The notes below the pieces were generated by a model. The model was not told the origin of the DNA, ran no database searches, and worked only from the letters and a program-made list of their open reading frames with translations. A stretch of DNA of 64,000 nucleotides from an uncultured virus (IMG/VR IMGVR_UViG_3300042197_001183) (Duplodnaviria; Heunggongvirae; Uroviricota; Caudoviricetes): the IMG/VR virus record IMGVR_UViG_3300042197_001183; one strand, 5' to 3'. The position numbers were made by a program, and so were the translations under genes. This document shows, in pieces, positions 37,494 to 47,600 of the stretch. Within the stretch, counting starts at the first letter, position 1, and every line of letters starts with the position of its first letter.

Positions 37494-39440
37494 ATGAGAA
37501 GTATAAGTGATTTTAGAAGTCTCGCTAACCTAAGTAATGGTAATATTCAAGCTTACATAAGTGCATGTGGTGCAATTGACCCATCCGAGTCAAGTGCGTT
37601 TCTCAAAGCGTGGAATGATTACGCATCATCACAAAATAAAATTAACTCACCATCCTCAACTGATGGTAATGTTGGTGAAAATATTGTTAATGATTTTAAA
37701 GTTGTACAAAATTTAACAACTAATGTTAAATCATATAACATAGCTGAGGGTGAAATGATTCAAGTGAGTAATATAATTACGGGGATTCAAGGTTTAATTA
37801 AAGGTGTTATGGGTGAAGGTGGTCTTCTTGGTGAAGGTAATTTTAGTGAAAATTTAAAAACACAAGTAGATAATTTAGGGAAATCAATACTTGGTGAAGT
37901 TACAGGTAAAGCGGCACAAATATTACAACAAGAAGTTGAATTACATAATGATATAAATTCAAAAATTGGTATTTCAGGGGAATTATCTAGAGGGTTAAGA
38001 AATGAAATTGTGGAAACTTTACCCGAAATGATAACCATGGGTTATGGATTTGAGGATGTTAAAAAAACCATTACAGGAATAATAGAGGAACAGGGTAAAT
38101 TTACTTTGTACAACAGGGAAGTAATGGGAGATATGGCGGTAACATCAAGAGCGTTTGTTGGTGATTTAGAAAATCTCGGAAAAATGATTAGTACCTATGA
38201 AAAGGCGGGTTATGGCGCTGCCGGTGCTTTAGAAAGAATAAATGAAGCGGGTGAAAGTTCAATTAGTTTAGGTTTAAACGCAAGAAAAGTTGTTGCAGAA
38301 ATCGAAACGAATATGAAAAATTTAAATTCATATGGATTTAAAAATGGTTATGATGGTTTAACAAAAATGGTTCAAAAATCGATTGAATTTAAAATGAGTA
38401 TGCAAAATGTATTTACATTAGCTGAAAAACTATTTGACCCCGACCAAGCAGTTGCATTATCCGCTAATTTACAAGCGATAGGTGGTGCGATAGGTGATTT
38501 TAATGACCCATTAAAATTAATGTATATGGCAACAAACGATGCTGGTGGTTTACAAGATGCGATGATTGGTGTTGCGGGTTCTTTAGCGACTTATAATTCA
38601 GAATTAGGTAAATTTGAAATTACTGGTGTTAATTTAAGAAAAGCAAGGGCGTTAGCTGGTGAGTTAGGTATGACTATGGATGAATTATCAACTACAGCAA
38701 TAAAGGCGGCGGAAAGAACATCGGCATCTGCAGATTTATTAGCTGGCGGATTTAATCTTGACGAAAAACAACAAGAGTTTATCACAAACTTAGCCAGAAT
38801 GGAAGGTGGTAAAATGGTCATTGATGTCCCAAAAGATTTATTTACAGAATTTAAAGGAGCAACAAGAGTTGCTTTGGAAGATTTAAATGATGAACAAGTA
38901 AGAGTGTTATTAGATAATCAAAAAGTGTTCGAAGAAATGAACGCGAAAGACATTGCATTATCTCAATATACCGAAACCCAAAAATTAGGACTTCAAGTTT
39001 CAGAAATAGTTACAATGATGAAAGTTCAATTCGCCGGTAGTATTCGAGGGGACCTTTCGAAAGTTGATGAAAAATATATATCAGAAGTTAATCAATTTTT
39101 AAAAGAAACAAAAGAGGGAACAAATAGTTTGGGAAAGATATTAGTAGGTGAAAAAGATAAAATGACATCCGGTTATAAGAAGGAAATAACTGAAGAGGGG
39201 GGGATAAAAGCAAATGATATGATTTTACGACCAGATGGCCCACCTATCCTCTTAAATTCTAATGACACCATTTATGCTGTGGACGAAACTAAAAATAGGG
39301 GGAATAATGTTACGACTGAAAATAAAACAATGAAAATTGAAATTGTAAGTAATGTTAATGCTGATGCCATAAGAAATGACATAATGAATCAAATGGCGAT
39401 GACATCAGATTATAGAGAATATATTGGAACATTTAGTTAA
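37494..39440 (+). CDS. Tape measure protein
   Basis: Ala/Gly/Leu-rich helical 648-aa protein after tube and chaperone; C-terminal ANDMI.RP..LNSNDTI module. Confidence 0.75.
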   Translation: MRSISDFRSLANLSNGNIQAYISACGAIDPSESSAFLKAWNDYASSQNKINSPSSTDGNVGENIVNDFKVVQNLTTNVKSYNIAEGEMIQVSNIITGIQGLIKGVMGEGGLLGEGNFSENLKTQVDNLGKSILGEVTGKAAQILQQEVELHNDINSKIGISGELSRGLRNEIVETLPEMITMGYGFEDVKKTITGIIEEQGKFTLYNREVMGDMAVTSRAFVGDLENLGKMISTYEKAGYGAAGALERINEAGESSISLGLNARKVVAEIETNMKNLNSYGFKNGYDGLTKMVQKSIEFKMSMQNVFTLAEKLFDPDQAVALSANLQAIGGAIGDFNDPLKLMYMATNDAGGLQDAMIGVAGSLATYNSELGKFEITGVNLRKARALAGELGMTMDELSTTAIKAAERTSASADLLAGGFNLDEKQQEFITNLARMEGGKMVIDVPKDLFTEFKGATRVALEDLNDEQVRVLLDNQKVFEEMNAKDIALSQYTETQKLGLQVSEIVTMMKVQFAGSIRGDLSKVDEKYISEVNQFLKETKEGTNSLGKILVGEKDKMTSGYKKEITEEGGIKANDMILRPDGPPILLNSNDTIYAVDETKNRGNNVTTENKTMKIEIVSNVNADAIRNDIMNQMAMTSDYREYIGTFS

Positions 39441-39470
39441 AAAATCAAAAAATATCTATTTATATAATAG

Positions 39471-42400
39471 ATGCCAACATACTTAGATTTTAATAACACC
39501 AAGGTTTTTAGAGATTACTTAATTTCAAGAACTTTGAATAGACCGAACGGACCTCAAACGTTTACGGACACCAATTACGTTGTTCAAAATTTAAATAATT
39601 TTTCTAATGTAGACCCGGGAGATGTAAAAACAAATTGGTCGGTATTTTTTGCAAATACTTTTGGTCAAAATTTGTATAGCGCACCCGACAACACAATAGA
39701 AGAATATACTAATACAACACTACCAATGTTGGCTTGGATTAATAATGGTGTTATATCTGATGGATATTTTGATTCATTTACAATGACACAATCCCCCAAT
39801 TTAATTGGAATTATGGGTGGTCAAAGTTTTGAAAGTGATTCAAGATTAATGAAATTCGCGACACAAAATATTCGAGAAAATAAATTGGGTCCCGTTTTTG
39901 CAAGAGTACAACAAAACTTAGAATCAGCAACATTAGGTAGAGTTAGATTAATTGATGCTTTAGAAGGAAATACTGCAACTGCAATAAATCTTATTACAGG
40001 TAGAGAATCTTTAATTGAAAAAAATTATAAAATAACCGTAGATAAAACTTTAATAGGAAAAGGTGTTGATTTTTTGCAAACTGTTGCAGGTCTTGAATTT
40101 CCTTTTAGTGAAATACCGGGTGATTATTTAACAAACCCAAGAAATCCTATTGAAAATCGACCCACACCAAGAACAGAAGCGGGTGCCATTTTACAAGATG
40201 TTACAGGTGTTTTGGGAAGTTTAGTGGGTATTGAAAGAAGACCAAAATTAGGAAGAAAACCCTCTGACTTGTTTATTGAATATATGGGTGAAGGACAAAG
40301 ACAGACATTATATGACCAATTATCTTATTCAAAATACGCACCAAATTATACGACAACCGCTCGTTCACAACAATCTTCAAAAATATTTAATTTTGCAGAT
40401 AGACTTGCTAGCGGAGTAAATAGTTTGTTAGGATTAGAAGCACCTAAAGGAGTTGCATATATTGGTGATGATAGAAGTGAAGATGTTAAATATACAATGT
40501 CTGATTTTAATGACAGAGTTGTAAAAAGTAGTTATTACTTGAGTTTATTGTTTGACCCTGTTCAATCAAGGTTGTTTGAAAGACAAAGAAACATATCACA
40601 AGGCGGTGCAATTAGTGGAAAATTAACTTGGATAAGTAAAAATTCCCAAAACAAAATCGGGTTATATAATAGTGAATTTCAATCAGAAGAATCTAACACC
40701 TATAACGATTCTAAATCTACTAATTATAATTTTAGAGATGATTCGATTCTTGGTCTAACACAAGAGATTTTAGATTCGATGCCAAAAGATGGAATCGCTG
40801 CTAGAACACATGTCGGTAATGTCATCGACCAAACAAGTAGAATTTTTAAAGAAGGTGAATCAATGTTGTCAAGAAGTTCAGCAATAAAGTTTGTTGACAA
40901 ATTTAATCAAGAAACAGGCGCGGAGTATTGTAGAGTATGGACAAAAGATAGGTCTTATATGAACTATACCGATACAATGAAAAGAACGGCAAATATTAGA
41001 AAGTTTGATGATAGTGTTATGGGTGGGGATAGTCGACCATGGAACATTAATATGGCACCTATGTCAAGCGGTAATTACGACCCAAATGGAAACAACTCTT
41101 TCGGTGCAAAAAATTCAACAAACATATTTCAAGGACCACCAGGTGAAGGGTTTTATGCAAAAAAATATATGTTCTCAATTGAGAATTTGGCGTGGAAAAC
41201 TTCAAATACACCGGGATTCACTTATAATGATTTACCATATTGTGAAAGAGGAAATAATGGTGGTAGAGTTATGTGGTTTCCCCCTTACGATTTAAAGGTA
41301 AATGAAAACAATAGTGCTAGATGGACAGACAATACTTTCTTAGGTAGACCTGAACCTATTTACACATACCAAGACACGTCCAGAACGGGTACAATAAGTT
41401 TTAAAGTAATAGTGGACCATCCAAGTATTTTAAATTTGTTGGTTAGAGAACACTTTAAAGGAATGAGTGATGATGAATCGGAAAACTACATCAATGCATT
41501 TTTTGCGGGATGTGAAGAATTAGACTTTTACGATTTGGTTAGGAGATACGCTCAATTAGATAGAAACGATATAAGATTATTACAAAATTTTTTAGATAAA
41601 GGAAAAGACCCTGAGTTTATTCAGCAATATAAAGTAACAACAACTGACCCACCAATTATTGAGACACCCGTTAATCCTGTAGTTGAAGATTTATGTGGAC
41701 CACCAACAAATAAAACATTTATTTTAAAATTTAATAATGATAGTCCTGACCCTAATAGTAAAGGTTTAGAAACATCAAAAAATTATTCAAACTTATATAG
41801 TTCTTTTATCCCAACAAATAAAACAATATATTCCAATAATTTAGAAACTTTTATTAAACAATTAACAGGTTTTTCACAAAATGATGTCCAAGTTAAAAAA
41901 GAAAAGAGTTTTATTTTCGGTAATGAAAATGTCACAATCACCCAAACATTGATTAATGAACAAAAAACAAAAATAGAAAAATACTTTGACGACGCCACTT
42001 CTTCTTACGTCGATTATCAAACATCACTTAACGAATTAAAAACAAAATTATCTGGAAAAACTGCAGAAGATATTCGTATTAAAATATCATCATCAGCGTC
42101 TTCTGCCGCATCAAGTGATTACAATGAACGTCTAGCCATTAGAAGAAGTTATAGTGTTTTACAAGATATTTTTGATATCATATCAAGTGGAGGGACTAAA
42201 CCAAAAATTTTATGGATATCAGATTTAATGCCAACAAATAAAAATAATGGAGAAAATGATAAAGTAATAATTGAGAAAGGTAAACCAATTACCATCGTAA
42301 AAGAATATAAGATTAAAGATTTTGGTTACGATTATGATGGTAAAATTATTATTGAATCCGTTAATTATGGCGAAAATTTTACTGGTGGACAACCCGATAC

Positions 42401-44327
42401 CGATTGTGTTGGTAAAGAATTTGTAAAAGTTAGGGAACTTGGTATATATTCACCAATATCGTTTTATTGTAGACAAACTACTTTTGAATTAAAATATGAG
42501 AATCGTTCAAATAGTCAACCACCCCAATCTCAACCATTGAATAACCCAACAAACGTGGTAACAACAATAGAACCAAATGGTCAAATTCCTATTAGTCAAC
42601 CAACAAAAAAACCACCGATTGACCCAATAAAAAGAATTATTGCAAAAACATTGTCAGAATGTTTTTATTTTAAAAAATTAGAAGAAAACGACCCAATCGT
42701 ATTTAAATCACTTAAAGATAAGTTAAAATATTTTCATCCCGCTTTTCATTCAATGACACCCGAAGGATTAAATAGTAGATTAACTTTTCTATTACAATGT
42801 GTTAGACCAGGAGATACTATACCAATAAAAGGTATTTCCGAAGACTCTGATTTAAACGCAAGAAATACTTCCTTTGGTCCACCACCTATTTGTGTGGTTA
42901 GAATCGGGGATTTCTATCACTCAAAAGTAGTCATAAGGGATGTTCAAATCAGTTATGATGATGGTGGTAGTATATTATGGGATTTAAATCCCGAAGGTAT
43001 TGGTATTCAACCTATGATTGCAAATGTTACATTACAAGTATCATTTATTGGTGGTCAGGGTTTATCTAAACCCGTTGAAAGACTTCAAAATGCGTTATCC
43101 TCTAATTTCTTTGCAAATACCGAAATGTACGATGAAAGGTCAATTTCAACAAATGAAACGATTGGTGGAATGACACCTGAAGAATTTACAAAAGACTTTT
43201 TAGATAAATTGAATCAAGTTACCACCAATCCAACATTAAAAAATCTTTTATCAATTAAAAATAACAATAATGTTATTCAAGGTAATTACATAGGAACACC
43301 GATTGGGGAAACCAGTAACGTTGAAGAGATGAGTTATACTGAATTAGTTACTAATTTATTTAGTTTAACAAATTCATATTTTGAAAAATATAAATCAAAA
43401 TATAATCAACTTTACACCAAATATGGAAAAGATATCACAACTATGTTATTGAAAAATGATTATAGACCGATACATGAGTATGACGTTTATACAATTACTT
43501 CACCAACACCTGGTAAAGTATTAAATTTACTTGGTATTCATAAAAAAACGCAAGAATTGTCGGTTTATTGTGAAGGTTTACAAAAAACATTGAATGATTT
43601 TATTGATAATTCATCATCAACCTATTTGGTGAATTTATTTTCTTTTGATAAAGTTATAACTGGTTCTTTATTGTCTGACACAAATGAAAAAATATTGAAA
43701 CCATTTATCAAAAATGAAATAGTTCAAACAATAATAAATCAAATACTGGATAATAGTGAACTTAATGAATTAGAAAATTCAAGAAACGAATTAATAAAAA
43801 CATTAGATAAATTAAATTTTATAATAAAAAATGCGACAGACACCACTATTCAAGATGATAAAGTTAAACGTTTAAATTTCATTTCATTTACTTCTGATTT
43901 TATATACAAAGAGTATGAATCTTGTATAACCTACATTGAAGAAAACCACCCAAAATTAACCGAGGATTTGTCAACAAATATTACATTTTTAAATCCAACA
44001 ATACAATCGTCTGATTTTAATTTCATATTAAGTCAATTACTTTATGGTAAAGTTGATTTATTAATGGGAAAATTTAATAATCCAACTTTATATCCCGAAC
44101 AAATAAAGGTGAAGTTAAAAACAAGAATAGAAAGTTTTATTAAAAAACCAGAAGAAAAGGTCTTTAAATTAACAAAATTCAATAACAAAAAAACAGATAA
44201 GGAAATAAATTTTGATGTTTTAGATGCGGTTGATGAAACAGATACCACAATCATAAGTGAATCGATAAAATTATTTTCAGAATCCAATGAGGTTACAAAT
44301 AAATTAAATTTTTATAGGAAAAAATAA
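39471..44327 (+). CDS. Large baseplate/tube-initiator protein with an OmpA-like insertion
   Basis: Tube-initiator-like W.DNTFLGRPEPIYTYQDTSRTGTISF and PPICVVRIGDF; OmpA-C-like F.ND..ISSSAS..YNERLAIRRSYSV. Confidence 0.6.
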   Translation: MPTYLDFNNTKVFRDYLISRTLNRPNGPQTFTDTNYVVQNLNNFSNVDPGDVKTNWSVFFANTFGQNLYSAPDNTIEEYTNTTLPMLAWINNGVISDGYFDSFTMTQSPNLIGIMGGQSFESDSRLMKFATQNIRENKLGPVFARVQQNLESATLGRVRLIDALEGNTATAINLITGRESLIEKNYKITVDKTLIGKGVDFLQTVAGLEFPFSEIPGDYLTNPRNPIENRPTPRTEAGAILQDVTGVLGSLVGIERRPKLGRKPSDLFIEYMGEGQRQTLYDQLSYSKYAPNYTTTARSQQSSKIFNFADRLASGVNSLLGLEAPKGVAYIGDDRSEDVKYTMSDFNDRVVKSSYYLSLLFDPVQSRLFERQRNISQGGAISGKLTWISKNSQNKIGLYNSEFQSEESNTYNDSKSTNYNFRDDSILGLTQEILDSMPKDGIAARTHVGNVIDQTSRIFKEGESMLSRSSAIKFVDKFNQETGAEYCRVWTKDRSYMNYTDTMKRTANIRKFDDSVMGGDSRPWNINMAPMSSGNYDPNGNNSFGAKNSTNIFQGPPGEGFYAKKYMFSIENLAWKTSNTPGFTYNDLPYCERGNNGGRVMWFPPYDLKVNENNSARWTDNTFLGRPEPIYTYQDTSRTGTISFKVIVDHPSILNLLVREHFKGMSDDESENYINAFFAGCEELDFYDLVRRYAQLDRNDIRLLQNFLDKGKDPEFIQQYKVTTTDPPIIETPVNPVVEDLCGPPTNKTFILKFNNDSPDPNSKGLETSKNYSNLYSSFIPTNKTIYSNNLETFIKQLTGFSQNDVQVKKEKSFIFGNENVTITQTLINEQKTKIEKYFDDATSSYVDYQTSLNELKTKLSGKTAEDIRIKISSSASSAASSDYNERLAIRRSYSVLQDIFDIISSGGTKPKILWISDLMPTNKNNGENDKVIIEKGKPITIVKEYKIKDFGYDYDGKIIIESVNYGENFTGGQPDTDCVGKEFVKVRELGIYSPISFYCRQTTFELKYENRSNSQPPQSQPLNNPTNVVTTIEPNGQIPISQPTKKPPIDPIKRIIAKTLSECFYFKKLEENDPIVFKSLKDKLKYFHPAFHSMTPEGLNSRLTFLLQCVRPGDTIPIKGISEDSDLNARNTSFGPPPICVVRIGDFYHSKVVIRDVQISYDDGGSILWDLNPEGIGIQPMIANVTLQVSFIGGQGLSKPVERLQNALSSNFFANTEMYDERSISTNETIGGMTPEEFTKDFLDKLNQVTTNPTLKNLLSIKNNNNVIQGNYIGTPIGETSNVEEMSYTELVTNLFSLTNSYFEKYKSKYNQLYTKYGKDITTMLLKNDYRPIHEYDVYTITSPTPGKVLNLLGIHKKTQELSVYCEGLQKTLNDFIDNSSSTYLVNLFSFDKVITGSLLSDTNEKILKPFIKNEIVQTIINQILDNSELNELENSRNELIKTLDKLNFIIKNATDTTIQDDKVKRLNFISFTSDFIYKEYESCITYIEENHPKLTEDLSTNITFLNPTIQSSDFNFILSQLLYGKVDLLMGKFNNPTLYPEQIKVKLKTRIESFIKKPEEKVFKLTKFNNKKTDKEINFDVLDAVDETDTTIISESIKLFSESNEVTNKLNFYRKK

Positions 44328-44653
44328 TGAGTAGGCAATATTTTGATAGGTATCAATTTTTTATTGAAGATGGTTCTTTTAGAATCGTTCCCGGTATTGA
44401 GATACCAATAAAAACAACAGATAGATATTTGTTTTTTAAAAGGGGCAGAGATAGGTTAGATAGGTTGTCTTTAGAATATTATGGTTCACCTGTTTTTGGG
44501 TGGATAATACTTCAAGCAAATCCAACAATTGGTGGATTAGAATTTGAAATACCAGATAATTTTGTTTTAAGAATTCCTTTTCCATTGGTGGTGTCTTTAC
44601 AAGACTACAAAAAAAACGTAGAATTATATAACTTGTATTATGGTGAACAATAG
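44327..44653 (+). CDS. LysM-like baseplate wedge protein, gp53-like
   Basis: GRDRLDRLSLEYYGSP.FGWIILQANP..IP..LRIP. Confidence 0.8.
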   Translation: MSRQYFDRYQFFIEDGSFRIVPGIEIPIKTTDRYLFFKRGRDRLDRLSLEYYGSPVFGWIILQANPTIGGLEFEIPDNFVLRIPFPLVVSLQDYKKNVELYNLYYGEQ

Positions 44654-47600
44654 AGATTATCCAAATGGTGAAAACATATTAGTTAAAGTTGACCAAAATA
44701 ATCTTGTTTATGTTGACCCAAATAGTGTTGTAGATTCCAATGGTGAAATACATCCAAGAGGACATAAACAAGAAAACTTGGTTATGTATGTAAACTTGGA
44801 AGCCGATTTGGTACCTAGAACAATATTAACCATGGACAACGATAAAGGAAATACGTTAACACAAATTGCTAGTGGTAATTTAAATTTTTTAAAAAACGCA
44901 ACTGGTGATGGTAATTTTGATAGTACATGGACCGATTCGTTTGTACCAAAACCAATACAAGGTCAAGAATCAAACTACAAAGATGGTTATGATGTGACTT
45001 TTGGTGAAAATCAATTTAAAGATACCAGTGGACAAAGTTTTGGTATTGATTCGATTAGTATCTCAATTAAAGGTGCAAATTTTACCCCAACAGTGAATAT
45101 TTCTTTTATTGATGTAAGAGGAAAAACATTATTTGAGTCAAGTAATAATTCACCATACAGAGCGTTTTTCCATCTTCCATGGCCAATATTTTATTTAACA
45201 GTAAAAGGTTATTATGGAAAAGCCATTAGGTATAGATTACACATGACAAAATTTTCATCAAGATTTAATGAGTCTAATGGAAATTTTGAAATATCAACCA
45301 TTTTTGTTGGTTCAACATACGCTTGGATGAATGATATTACATTATCTCAAATAATAACGTGTCCTTATATGTTTTTAGTTGAAGAAAACAAAAATACAAG
45401 TTTCAATGAAAAAACCGGATTATATGAAAAAAGAGTATCCCATTCTTCAAGAGGATATCAAATATTGAAATCGGTATATAGACAATATGAACAAAAAGGA
45501 TTAATTCCAAAAGGATTTCCAGTGAGGACTTTAATAGAGATGGGTTATATTGCTGAAAGTTTAGATAAAATTTTAGAACAAAAAATTTTTGGTGAAGTTG
45601 ATATGGGGGTTTTTCAGGGAATAAAAGAATTAGATGAAACTATAACTAATTTCGATAGGGCTTTTAAGGCTTGGGGTAAAAAAAATTTAGATAATTTACA
45701 ATCGGAAAAAATATCAGAAAATGAATTTTGGTATTATACATCACAAAAAGACAAAACAAAATTAAATTGGGACACAGGGGGAATAACTGGTGATAAAAAT
45801 GGTACATTGGAATTGTTAATTAAAAATTTTAACGAAACCATTCAAAAAAACAGATTGTTTGCACAACAACTTTTAAAAAACACAACCGATGGTGATTTTA
45901 AAAAAATATCAATAAAATCTTTAAATAATGTAATAACTTACTATAAGGTTTTACCTGATAAAAAAGTGATTGTTAATATTGACGGAATCTTTAATGATTT
46001 ATTTCAAATAAGGAAATTGTTTGAAGAACAAAGAAAGAAAGTTGAAGATGATGTTGAAACAAAAATGAATGAAATAATAAAGGGTAAAGAGGGGTTCGGT
46101 TTTGAACCAACTATTAGAAACATGTTTGCTGTTTTGTTGGCCAATGCTGAAGTTTACATTCGTTTAATGAAAGACGTTCACAATAAGGCGTACAACGCAT
46201 CAAATACTAGAAAAAACGCAATTAAAGAACTTTCAAGTGAATCTAAAGGAGAAAATGTTTATCCGTGGCCTGAAATAACAAAACCACAACAAGGTGGAAA
46301 AATAAACGTTATCGCATATCCTGGTGACGAACAACTTATTCATAAATTAGAGTCGTATGATAGTGCAAAGTGGCCTGAGGTTGATTTTGTAGAAGAATAC
46401 CTTAAAATTAACACAAATAGAGTCGAAACAAACGTAAACAAAGAACCAACAAGAAATGATGTTAATTACATATTTGATTCTAATGCAGATTTAAATAACG
46501 TCTCACCAATATCGACAACTGATTTTATTATAAAAAGAGTACCATACATTGACAAAGATTATGCGTCTTTTTTATATGAAGTGTATGAAAGAGCGAGATA
46601 TTTAACAATGTTTGATTCTTTTACCAATGAAATGTTAACAGAATTGGCAAATGAAGAATTTAATAACATAAAAAATTCCATAAAAGAAGACGGGGATTTA
46701 ATTGAAATTGCAAAAAAAATAAATGGATTAGAAGATTTTATTAATGTAAAATATCAACAACAAAGAAAAGATGAAAATGGTAAGATTGAAGTCGATGAAA
46801 ATGGTAACCCAAAAACATATACAGAATACGGAGGATATTTATTTTTATCATCACCTTATGATAAATTTTCAAGTTATATAGATACAATACCAACAACCAA
46901 TTATTTGGTCGAGGTATTAAGTGAACCATTTGCGTTTGAAAGTTATAATTTAAACGTTATAGTAAAAGAAGGTGGTTTAGATGATACTAAGATAAATAAT
47001 TTTTTATTAAATTATCAACCAGAATCATATAGAAAAAATATATATCCATTTAATTCGTCCACATATTTGAGTTATATAAACAAAACAACGTTTGGTGATG
47101 ACAATTTTAAATTCAATGGAATACTAAAATATGAACCATATAATGGGTTCATTTCCTCACCAATTGAATCAAAATCTTGGGTAAAACCAGGAAGTAATAA
47201 CTTAACTAATTTTTTTCTAAATACAATTAATGTAACTGGTAATACTCTTTCAATTTTGAATACACCATATTTTCATAATCAATTGTATTATGATTTTAAT
47301 AAATCATCAGTAAATGGTAAATATGTTGGTTCGGCTTATCTTCTATTAAATTCGTTACCATTTATTGATTTGGATGAACAAATTACTTTTGAAAATAAAT
47401 CAATATCGGTATCTTCTTTATTTAGAGAAATAGGTTCTACACATTTTGTACCATATCATTTGTTATTAAAATGGGGGTCGATTTATCATAGGTATAAAAA
47501 ACATCTAATTGATGGGGACGATATTTTAGAAGGGGCAGTAAATTCGATTTACGTTACCAAACCATTATCAGGTCAAACCTTATTTGATAACAATTCAGGG

